Assembly: GCA_030141605.1 (NCBI GenBank)
Contig: JAQGDQ010000131.1
Location: 124,001 to 188,000 of the forward strand
Direction: 5' to 3'
Source of the DNA: Tubiluchus corallicola
Taxonomy: Eukaryota; Animalia; Priapulida
DNA length: 64,000 bases
Shown: positions 35,629 through 46,900 of the stretch, in pieces
Layout of the letters: each line of letters begins with the position of its first letter
Numbering within the stretch: position 1 is the stretch's first letter
Translations under genes and position numbers: made by a program
The notes under the pieces: model-generated
Told to the model about the DNA's origin: nothing
What the model saw: the letters and a program-made list of their open reading frames with translations, nothing else
The model's database searches: none

Positions 35629-36579
35629 ATGGAATTCAGTGTCGCTTCAGCTATTGCTGAATCATGGGCTAATAACAACAAATTAAAATTTTCGTTAATA
35701 TTTGCTGATGAACAGGAACGGAAACTGCATTTTGCTGTAAGTGACATTGCATTTTACGTAGTATGTCCAGCCCGAGAAAACGAAACCTGGAACGTGTGGA
35801 GTGATAGTGAGATTGTTATATGTTGCTTATCGGACATACATAATTTTGCTGAAGCTTGCACGGATATGGACTTAGAACCGTTATTAGATAAAGTAAGTGG
35901 TTGTCTTAGCATCTTGCTAGACGACGAAATAGCGACCGAAACCGGGGAAGATGTTGAAGATGATGATGGCGATTATTACAACATGACTGAAGATGATCTC
36001 GAAGAAGGCTGTTCGCAACAAGAAGATGAAGACATCGGTAGTTCCATTGAAGAAGAGTCATTGGTATTCGTGACATCTGGTAACACACTGGCAGTTAATA
36101 GGCTTTTAGCAGATCTAAAGAGAATGAAAGCATCTTCCGGTAAATTTGGGATTTCAGCTCAGCCGCGAAATGACAATCTGTTTGTATGGGATGTTAAACT
36201 TCTAGATATAGATCAGTCGTGCCGCTTGGGAAAGGATTTAACAAGATATGCAACTCACTACCACTGCGAAGCTGCCATACTATTGGAAATGCAGTTCCCT
36301 GATGACTACCCAATGGCACCACCATTTGTGCGAATTTTGCAACCCAGATTCAAGTTTCTTACTGGCCACATTACAGTTGGCGGCAGCGTGTGCTCTGAAC
36401 TGTTAACTAGATCTGGATGGGTTCCCACAAATGATGTGGAAAGCATTTTAGTTCAAATACGAGCAGAAATACTTAGCGATGAGCAGGCACAGTTGGACAG
36501 CAATCCTAACAAGGGGTACACAGAACATGAGGCGAAGGTTGCATTCCAGCGAATGGTGGCCAAATATGGATGGCAATAA
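35629..36579 (+). CDS. Ubiquitin-conjugating enzyme E2, UBE2Q family-like, 316 aa, intronless
   Basis: C-terminal UBC domain: NRLLADLK, DNLFVWDVKL, FPDDYPMAPPFVRILQPRF, GHITVGGSVCSELLTRSGW (catalytic Cys, no HPN motif, as in UBE2Q), C-terminal KYGW. An N-terminal ~95-aa domain is followed by an acidic linker. Strong Kozak context agtATGG. Confidence 0.93.
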   Translation: MEFSVASAIAESWANNNKLKFSLIFADEQERKLHFAVSDIAFYVVCPARENETWNVWSDSEIVICCLSDIHNFAEACTDMDLEPLLDKVSGCLSILLDDEIATETGEDVEDDDGDYYNMTEDDLEEGCSQQEDEDIGSSIEEESLVFVTSGNTLAVNRLLADLKRMKASSGKFGISAQPRNDNLFVWDVKLLDIDQSCRLGKDLTRYATHYHCEAAILLEMQFPDDYPMAPPFVRILQPRFKFLTGHITVGGSVCSELLTRSGWVPTNDVESILVQIRAEILSDEQAQLDSNPNKGYTEHEAKVAFQRMVAKYGWQ

Positions 36580-37089
36580 TTTAAGAAATTAACATTGTTA
36601 ATTTGCTGTGACATTTTTTTCACTATGTTTAGACAGATCTCTCAATATTTTAGTAGTTAAAGTAATTTTACTCCAACTAGTCTAGACGTTATATTTCGTT
36701 TTAGTCAATTTTGGATAAGTTTTCTCAGTGAAACAACTTTCAAATGTGCAAAGATAAATTTGTGATAAATATTTGTATTCCTAATGCCTTCAAATAATAT
36801 TGCATGCGATAATCAGTATAGATCGGATTTTATTAGTTTCTTACAAGTAAATTTTGTGAAAACTATATTCCATTTAGTTTAGTGCAATGTGAACAACTGT
36901 CTTGCTATATTTTAACAAGGTTTTCGCAGTAATTTAATTCAAATTCGATCTTGATATCATATAGATCAGATCAGAATTGTACAAAATTAAGTCAAAAAAT
37001 CAAAATATTGGAGAAAACTCAAGACAGATGTGTGAGGTTAATCTGCAATGCAGATCCTGCAGTGATGTCCACTTTGGAATGACCTCAAT

Positions 37090-37305
37090 GTACTGCTGAT
37101 CTTGTAATAAAATTGTGAAGGGACATTCAGTTTTACAAGAACAAGATTTCTTCTCAAGAATGTGCAGAGAACTACGAGGCTATGATTCCAAATATAGCAA
37201 AACCAACATTCGTTCTCTATTTTTGCTTGTGTGACTCATCCAAGGAACTCTCTCTCAGCCAATACTGTAAATGCACCATCTATCGATAAATTTACAACGA
37301 ATATG
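37090..37305 (+). mobile_element. Decayed CR1-type LINE 3' fragment
   Basis: Remnants KIVKG, DFFSR, LRGYDSK and NSLSANTVNAPSIDKF. Confidence 0.55.
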
Positions 37306-37543
37306 AGGAGGGACCACGAGTCGAACTCTAGGTCCAGATGTTATGTAAAGAAGATGGCTTAATACAATGTGCTGTATACTTAACTGTAAAATTGTGGTCT
37401 TTTATAATAGTCTAATTTTTCATGTGACTTTTTACTTCCAATGCAAGTCACAATCTGTAGGTAAAGCATTATTTTTTATACAATTCTGCACCTGCAAGTA
37501 GCATCCACCACTAAGAACTAAGGGATAATGGCATTATCAAGGA

Positions 37544-37832
37544 CAGGGACATCTTAACAGCATTATAGACCCCTGGACAAAGCAGTGCACTGGGTCCCCT
37601 ACCTACGCAACCACTCGCACAATTAAAAATCTAAATGGTTGTTAAAATTAAGCCTTTTTTATAGTATTGGTAGTTCCAACAAAATCAGTGTTTAAATAAA
37701 ACGTGAAATACAGCAAACGTTAATAAACACAGTTTGAACAATATCACAAAAACATTGAAAAACTCGTACATATATTAGCAAGGGACCCCTGGGCAACTAC
37801 CTCACCATGCCCATGCAATTAAGATGGCCCTG
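37544..37832. mobile_element. hAT-type MITE, 289 bp
   Basis: TIR CAGGGACATCTTAA / TTAAGATGGCCCTG with a perfect 8-bp TSD ATCAAGGA (37536-37543 and 37833-37840). Confidence 0.9.
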
Positions 37833-39203
37833 ATCAAGGACACTGAACTAGCAATGGTGTCTTAGTCATGTTTGAATGTGCATGTACCTTACCTCAAAGA
37901 GATAAATAGCTAGCAGTAGGAGACTGCCCATTTGAAGCAATTTCTAGTGTTAGCTTGTCAATTTGTTAACCAGGTGCAGCATTATCTGATTTTTGTCCAC
38001 TCAACTGTACCCTTTGCAAATGAAGCTGCAGAGCAATCTAAGACCGTATTAATAATTTTCTTGTGTATTTAGTTACGCACATGAAAACTATCTTGCCGAC
38101 TAACTGTGGGACAGACGATTTTTTGTATCTGTTTGAATGCTGAATGTTTTTTGAACAAAAAATTCTCCATCTTAAAGAGAGGCTCCAACTGCCCATCAGA
38201 AAACTGAAAACTTAGCTGTTATAAAAACTTCTTGCATGTTGCCAGCAGCTAATTTATATGTACCAGTACATGCATATTGGTAGATGCACCATTGATTTTA
38301 TGAAGTTTTAAATAATGTAGCCACCTAGCCAGTACCCTGGAGTTCTCGGACACACCTAAATCACTGGCCACATTGCAGTTGAAATCTCACATAATCTTGT
38401 TAAAGACGTAGTTGCTAACTTTTTTATAAGAAATTGGTAGCAACAAGATGGTATGCTAGATAATCAAGTTGCTATAGCTGACATTGTGCAGAAATCATTA
38501 ATTCTTCACCAAGTTTTTTGATAAAGCAAACTTCTTTAACAATAATAGGTAATGTACCATAAACTGTGTAAATATTGCTTGCAACTATTAATCTGAAAAA
38601 ATATAAGGCAAAATAATCTTTTTAAGAGATAAACCTGTTCGTATGTAACTTGTATCTTTATTTTGTACAAGAAAAGAACAGGAATGCACATAAAAAAACG
38701 AAGAATTTATTCTCTGTTATTGTAAGAAAAACACTTATTGTAAATAAGTGGCTATTTATTATATTATTACATGGCAACTTAATATAGTATACAGCAAATA
38801 ATAGCTAATGAATGGTTATCATGTTTTTATAGAGTTCAGCACACTGTAAGATGATATCCAGCACTCAACAACAAAGCCTACTTACGCTATGTTTATAGCA
38901 GGGCCAGAACTTCATTCATTATCAAGGATAACTCTTCAAGATAATATACGTAACCACTCAATGTGTCTTGGGCAAGACAAACACCTGGAGGGAGTACAGT
39001 AAGCAAAGTTGGGCTGCTTGGAAACAATTTCCTTGGTGGGAACACATTCTCCACTAACCAAGCCCACCATGCATAATTTTGATAGTAGGCACTCACCATT
39101 ACAACTCGGCTTTCTAGGTTGATCGAAACTTATTAGAAGTACTGACGTCTATTAGTTCAATAATAATAATAATAGTTCAGACTCTCAGGTTACCAGAACT
39201 TTC

Positions 39204-39245
39204 TATTCAGCTGATAAAGCCTACTAGGGCGAAAGCTACCGAATA
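39204..39245 (+). ncRNA. Degenerate minimal type I hammerhead ribozyme motif (Penelope/retrozyme style)
   Basis: TATTCAG-CTGATAA-A-GCC-TACTAG-GGC-GAAA-GCTAC-CGAATA. Stem II GCC/GGC, stem I TATTC/GAATA, and core CTGATAA in place of CTGATGA. Confidence 0.5.
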
Positions 39246-39935
39246 AATATAATTTTTGAGACTATAAAGGGCATTACATTTTTCTCTGTTAATATGACAA
39301 GTCTCAGAAGAGCTGTCTCGTATTTCAAAGAATTTTAGTAAATGGCCAAAGACAGCAACAATTTACTGTGCATAATGTGGAGACGAGAAAGAGCAAGAAT
39401 TATCTGGCATCCTTTTAACACTACAATTAGAGTAAAAATTAATTCACTTAGATAAGCACCTTAGAAAATACCTAGCCTAGGCAGCATTTCATGCTATAAA
39501 AATAATTGTGTAAAATTAATAACATCATTCTAAAGCATGTTCTTTGAAAGCACTTGGCTACATTGCAAAACATTTTGGTAGCAATAAAACATCATCTAAT
39601 GATGTCAACAAATAAAAAGCATTTTTTGCTACTACATTTTGTATTAGAGAGAAAACCATACTTTTCTCTAAAACATCTTCAAATTTAACAGTCTAATGCC
39701 GACAAATGATATTAAATATCATTCACGAGCTTATCACAAATCTTGTTGCACGATCACAGTCATTCTAATGCACTTAGTAAACCAAGTCTTTGACTTGAAA
39801 TATGCTAATCAAATGCTAACATTATAAGATAAATAACATAATATTAAAAATAAGTAATTACGACACATTTAGTGAAAAATTGAGTGTCAAAACACATACG
39901 ATTAAATATGCAGGGATCCACAAAATAATTGTAGC

Positions 39936-40699
39936 CAGTGGTGTAGCATGAGGTATGCAGAGTGTGGGTACTGCACAGAGTGGCCAATACTATAGTTTTA
40001 TTACTTTGTGATTTGAGGTATTTTTTAATGATGACACTTTTCCCAAATGGCTAAATTTTGAAGTTGGCCTGTTGGCACCGTTTTGTAATCAAGTTGTCCC
40101 CCTAGTGGCCACTGTGCAAAGTACTAGTTCTACAATTTGTAGAAAATCTCCAACATGTGACACAGCAGAACTTCTTTGTGTTAATGCTAAATTTTGCTTC
40201 TTTTCTGCATTCTGCCACATTTTCAAGCAATTTCAATGAATCTAATCTAATTGATGAAGAATTTGAATTTGAAGAAGAGGAAGATGTCAAATGCTGTTTT
40301 AAACTTCGGTGCCAAACTGACGATACTACTGGGAGTAATTTTGACAAAACTTGTGTGGCTGGTTGTGAGCTGAGTTTTGTTTTAAAATTGAAATTAATAA
40401 AGAATTATCTTCACTCAACTAGGAGCAATCATAGACTCACTAACTTTCTACTGAAAGTTACTCTTTCTACTGAAAGAGAATCTAGCAAATCACTTGATGT
40501 TGAAGCGATCATACAGAACATCGTAATGCGTAAAGTCAGAAAGTTAAACACCTACTTGTTCAGTGTTTTTCATATTTTCGTTAAGAACAAATACCTTAAT
40601 CCAAAGACAATTTCATATACGTGTGTTTGTAACAGTCAAAGATGTGTTACATTTAAGGAGGCGGTACACAGGGTGGCCAAACCCTCTGCTACGCCACTG
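39936..40699 (+). mobile_element. Internally deleted hAT transposon, 764 bp, retaining the dimerisation-domain remnant
   Basis: TIR CAGTGGTGTAGCA / TGCTACGCCACTG with a perfect 8-bp TSD ATTGTAGC (39928-39935 and 40700-40707). Internal CVAGCELSF..KLKLIKNYLHSTRSNHRLTN...LSTERE...LDVEAII...RKVRK resembles the hATC (ZMYM1-like) C-terminus. Confidence 0.9.
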
Positions 40700-40921
40700 A
40701 TTGTAGCACTTCTAAGATCATTTTTTCTTGACTTAATCATATCACCTTTTTTTTCATAAAGTACAAGTTTCAATTGAAAACTAATGTAAGCTTCACAAAA
40801 GAATTTTATGCAGTGATACTTGGATAGTATGCACATCAGAGTTTGTAAGGAGTAAAAAAGCATTTAAGGCACTGTACTAAATCAATAAAGTAGTAAAATT
40901 TAGTGGTACAATTAGTGCAAT

Positions 40922-43900
40922 TTAGTCACTCCATGCTTCGGGTCCATGTTTAGTTTTAATGATCCAAATTTTGTCGATAACCTTTTCCTGAAGTAAAAAA
41001 ATTGTACAACTGAAATATCAATTGCAGCCAAAAGTGAATATCAGAAAAGAAATTTAGCAAGACTGGTACTGGTAGATGATCCAGTCATTTATGATTAGTC
41101 TAGAAATTATACTTGACTACACAATGGGTTTATTTTAACAAGACAGAATAAATTCAGATTCAAACCCGCAAACACGGCCGTGTTTATCACTTGACTATGC
41201 CTGATCCAATGTGGTTTAATCATGTGTGACTGACAAGTGAGTTTAGTGTTCGTGACTATCACTTCACTATGCCTGGTCCAGCACGATCTACTCGTCTGAC
41301 TGACCAATTTGCCCTAATTTTCGGCTCCTAAACAATCCCAACCTTTTTAACCACATCATTGTCTTTGTCCTTACCCCAGGCTTTTGTAACCCTATGTTCT
41401 ATAGTTTTCGAGTGAACATGAATTAAAAGTGGATGCCTAAGAAAACTCGACGCAAAACAAAAAATCAACAAAAAAGTTGCTTGCAAATTAAAAACAGAAA
41501 CTGCACTATTAAACAGCCACTACACAAACTTTAACAAAGGTATGTCTGAACTTTGGTACAATACACTACGCTTTTATGCACCAATAAATTAGCCCAACAA
41601 CAATTCTTCGAGATCTTCCAAGATTCTTGTTAGACCAGATCCAACATTCCAAACAACATATTGACTGGCATATATAGCCCCCGCTTTAGTAACTAAGTAA
41701 AACATTGTGCAAGCCACGAAAACTTGAAAATTTACCAACAATGATATAATAGTAGTCTCCATTTTAAATCTACAAAACAAAAATTTTGGGGCAGAAACTA
41801 CGGAAACCTTGACAGAATGTACATCAGATCAACATTGCCTGGAGTATCTCAACAAAAATCAATGCTTATACAATATACAGCATGTTACAAAAGCATAAAC
41901 TCTGCAAATTATGAACATATGAACTTTAGTTATGACAATATCAAAGCCGTTATGTATGTGCAAAAAAAAAATCTTAGGTGCTTTAAAATCCAATTACATT
42001 CACACCTTGAAAAAACTTCCTTACTTTTGCTATGTAAGTTTTTACCTGATCAGCTGAGAATGTATCATAATAAAGATGTGTGTGGTTGTGCACAATAACA
42101 CGACTGAAACTATAGTCAGAACTTCTGAAAGCAGACCATGGAGCAGTTGGTCCAAATGGATCAGTTTTTTCGGTGGACCCCTGTAAGTATTAAAGCAATA
42201 TTAAACACACAATAACATAAGAAAAATTCATTATATCTGTAATAGATAGAAGAATTGTAAAGATGATAAAGAAACAAGAAGGAAATGACACGATAACAAA
42301 GGAAGAAATACAAAATTAACAAGCACGTATTTTCTTTCGATGAGTTTTCAAGAATACGACTTCATAATTGTTCTTAGCAACTAAAAAGAGTAAAGTTGAA
42401 AGAAAAATACATCAATAATTGAATAAAGCAAATTCAAAAAAATTGATGGAGAAGCGTAGTAAAAAGTTAGCTTTAACAGGCTTCCTTGTGTTATAGTATT
42501 ACACTCCAAAGTTTGCGCCGTGCAGGGCGGGATTTTACCTATTGGTGGAACCTAGGAAAAACCTTGAGTGGGGCACTACATTTGTAGAAATGCTTCCACT
42601 GTGGGCCCATACTTATTATACAGGAGCCCCATACTCCAGGCATTATACTTCTTGCACAGGGGCCCTTATGGTTTTGAATATACTATATAATGAAATATCC
42701 GGTCTACACTTGCAACAAGGTTATTCACAAGCACGCTGCATGACAAATTAGTTTCAGTGAGTCGCCAGATATCCTTGGGCCCTAGGCAAATGGCTTACTA
42801 TGCCTATTGGTAAATCCAGGAGCAGCTAAAGTACTTTCTAAACTTTGAAGCGATTTAGCTGATGCACGTAGCATCAACACTTGGTCTTATTTTCATATGT
42901 AAGAAGGAAGTGAAAATAAAAATTAGCACAAAAATATATTGTTTTCCTAAGCTGAATGAAGCTGAGAAAGCATGACACCAAGTTCTTAAACTAACATAGG
43001 TAACACAATTTCAAAATTGGCTAAGAATGGCATTGAACAACTTTGCACTGACATGGAATATTTCTGGATGATAACAGAAAATGTCTGCTGTTTCACGGAC
43101 AGTCATTAAATAACAGGCATTTTGGCTGCTCAAAATACCTAAGAAAACATCAAATTCAAGTACTCACTGCAGCTCCATTCACTAAATGGACGGGGGCTCG
43201 AGGATTTGTGTATGGAAATTCCAAACTGCCATTATACACCTGTAATAGAAACATAGATTGCTTACCAAACATAGAATGATAGAAATGAAAAGATATGCCA
43301 CAATCACAAACAATTCATCTACTGAAAGCAATGTGACCAAATATTGTGGCAAAATAAAATTTATTTAGGAATTTAGGACTTTAGGAAAAATTAGGAATTA
43401 GAAATTTGAGCATTAAGTCCTATTTAAAAGGTAAACAGAAAAATCAAGTCAGATGTGACAACAGTAAAAAGTACTTCTGAAAGTGAAACATAATAATATA
43501 AAAAAAGGTTTGAATAATTTGAGTTAGTAAAAGTAAAGCCTGCAGAAATGTTAATAATATCATTAATTAGATTATGACAATGAATTCCAGAATGTTCATA
43601 AATCACTGCAGGTTACTTCACAGCAATGATTACCTTTGAGGGTAACGAGTTGACGAAAGAAAGAAGACGCTGAAAAATTGTGAACTAGTCGGGTACCCGA
43701 GACCTGGGATTAGTACCCCCATGATTTGCCACAGTCCAATATGACAGAGCAGGCCCGAATTTGAAAAAAAGTTGATGTGAAATATTTCCGCAACAAAATA
43801 AAAGGAAGCATTAGGCCTACCTTTCTGTCGTACACTGGCCACATTCGTTCATAGGAGTGCTCATGTGCCCACAAGGACACATCAACACCGTACTTATAAA

Positions 43901-46900
43901 ACAGCTTTTCCAAACCAAAGAATTTGCCAAACAATCCCACTCTAACCTATAACAAAAATAAGCAAATGTGTTAAGAAAGTAATGAATGCCTCCTACTGCA
44001 TGTCATGTTGAATTGCAGTCTAAGTGAAAACTACAGCTTAGTAACCGGTATTCAGGATGAAGATTAGTAATTCGACCCCAAGGCAGGATCACAATGAAGA
44101 CTCTAAGAGTGGTGCTTGCCTTCTTCCGGCTACTCTCTTACAACTCTTACACCCAGACATAAATTAAGAAAAGAACTAAAAGTGAAGTCAGAATGTGAAA
44201 ATAAGGCAGGTTAACAATGAGTCGGTTATTATCCACAGCAAAACAGTACCATTTCGATGAGAAAAGTTCAATCAAAGATTCTGTGCTCAAACAAGACTAA
44301 ATTGGCATTATTATAGCGGTCAACAATGTGCTGATGTTCTTACATAATCTTTCCTCTTTTTTACCAGTTTAACAACAGTAATAGGCATGATAGATTTACT
44401 TAGTTAGATAACAAGCCAACAATGAGGCAGATAATATAATATTAGTATTATTTTTCTGGGTAAAAGCTTATATAAAGAAATAAAAATAAACAAGATGAGA
44501 AATGACAAAATTTAAAGCTATTTTTTATGTGCTACTTATACTAAAAAGTTTCAAAGTAGAAACTAAAGCAATATAATTTCTTAAATTACTGTTACACCTG
44601 CAGCTTGCTATGAACTACAAATACATTTTGTCAAGACAAACTTATGGCGCGTTGAGACTAACAAGTTTTCTCGCCAAGTTCACACTAGAAAGCAAAATTG
44701 AGAGAAGTGTCAAAAGTAACTTGCCGAGGCGTTTACACTAGATAGTAGCTCGCAGGAAATGAAGTCACAGCAACTATTGGAGAGTTAGCAATAACTGCCG
44801 ACAGTAACGCGCAAGGCATTTCGCACTTGCAAGTTTGCTGTCAGAGAGAAGGGTTGCAACAGAAAACTCGCTAGGGTAAACGAGTCGTTCATGCTGCCTG
44901 CAATAAACGCTTGACGACGGGCATCGTAAATTGAAGCACAAATATATAATTGTAACAACAATGCCAGGTATTTTATAGTAATAAGCATCCAGGCTAAATT
45001 AGGAAGAGGATTAAGGTTTGCATTGGGGTGAGGGTACGTAAATTGTGTGGAAAATTGTAAACTATTTCCAGAATCCATGACCCAACAACAGTGTAACAAC
45101 AATGACCCATCTGTTTACAGTTTTCCTGCCTCGTGGTTTAATAATAACAAATGCATTTAAAATTAACAAATAACAAAAGACATAGTGTTTGGATAACACT
45201 TAAAGAAAAATAATACTTATTTCCAACATTTGGTCGCATTTTTTATTGCCCGAGAACCATTTTTTGTCTTTACTTTTGGTATCTCAGGGCTGAGAAATGA
45301 GCCAGATTTCTCATATGGAAAACAAGCATTCTACCACTGAGCTAAACCACCAGGTTTAAATTTACCATCCCCAGTTAGCCTGTAAGTAGGTTTACAATAC
45401 CTTCTTCCATTTATCCATCCATCTATATCGGTTTTGCAAAACAAGTGGTGGAAGTTTTACAAAAAAATGAGCAAATAGCAGCATCCCATTAAAGTTACAC
45501 ATAGCAAGAGTCGTACTCAGGTACGGAACAGCCAGCACAAAAGCAAAACCTAGCACTGTCAGACTCCTGTCAAAGTACCTTACTTTAGATGTGTAGTCAG
45601 CAAATGGCATTTAATAAAAAAGCTTTCTTCTTTAATTCAGGCACCACAATGCTTTTCGCACACACACAATGCCTTTCACTGCTTTGCAATGCTTTTATAC
45701 ACCTCATTATAATAGGCCTGATGTGTTCTATATGCTACAACATGACCTACAGTACAAGCTTCACTTCTTTGATTGTCCTACAAAATTTGGTAATTAATTA
45801 AATAATTATAATTACTAACTTGGACAGGTGTAGAGAATTAGCTTTAATATTGTTTCTTAAAGTCTTTGGTTTCATACCTTATCACGAGTTAACTCACAGT
45901 CATCGCCGTCATTATCAGTGCAATACATTGGTCTATGACCAAATGTGACTATCCACGGTCGCTTGGCACGGTTTTCTGGTTCATTGGCTTTCTATGATGA
46001 AAAATTGCAGGATATCACAAAAATACATCAGTTAAGAAATGTGCACAATAAATTACGCCATAAAAACTCAATGTTAATCAAATTTAGCATGTGAAACTAT
46101 CAAACGTTCTTATGCCAAATAAATCCCAAAGCCAGTGCAGTACCTACTCTGCAGCACAGGTTAAAAAAATAAATGGAAAGGCAAAATTATTATTTTGTAG
46201 AAAAGTTTGCTGCTGCAGCAAGTTTTCAACGATATTATCTTCTTCCAAGCAGTCACTCAAAAAATGTATTTCACCTTTAGATCCCGTTCTAACCATTCAT
46301 ACTGCCGGACTACCTGCCAAAAACCAAGTGTTGTAATGTAATAATAGAACTCGGTAGATAATGCCACGAAATGAACAGGGCCAATGTCAAAGCTAAAAAA
46401 CAAATAATTTTAAAGTTACTACTGTATAATTTATGTGTGTGTGTGTATATATGTGTGTGTGTGTGTGTGTGTGTGCGTGCGTGCGTGCGTGTGTGTATAT
46501 TTACTTTATTTCAGACATTTAAAGTCCACAAAACAAGAATGAAATAAAGCACAAGTAAAAAAATGCACAGAGTTAGTGTACAGAAATATAGTAAGCCTAC
46601 ATACAAGAAAGGATTTGTTATAATAGGTAAATAAAACTCTATGCCACGACTTAAAAATGTTCGATTTAAAAATTGTATCAGTATTGTACAGCAAGTTATT
46701 AGTATTGGGACTCAAAAAATAGCCAACTTCTAATACTAAACACACCTTTCCCAGGTATGTAGGAAAAACTAGGTACATCATAGGTATAATAATAATAATA
46801 ATAATCATAATAATAATAATAACAGCAACAACAACAACAACAACAACAACAATAATAATATGCATACATTGAGCTAACATACATTTGGCTTGCACTACAA

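Noticed and set aside
40157-40759. 200-aa ORF as a host gene
   Set aside because: It lies almost entirely within a TIR- and TSD-bounded hAT element, lacks an ATG start and holds only a decayed hATC remnant.
45277-45351. Functional tRNA gene
   Set aside because: The T-arm/B-box and acceptor stem do not form; kept only as a tRNA-derived relic.
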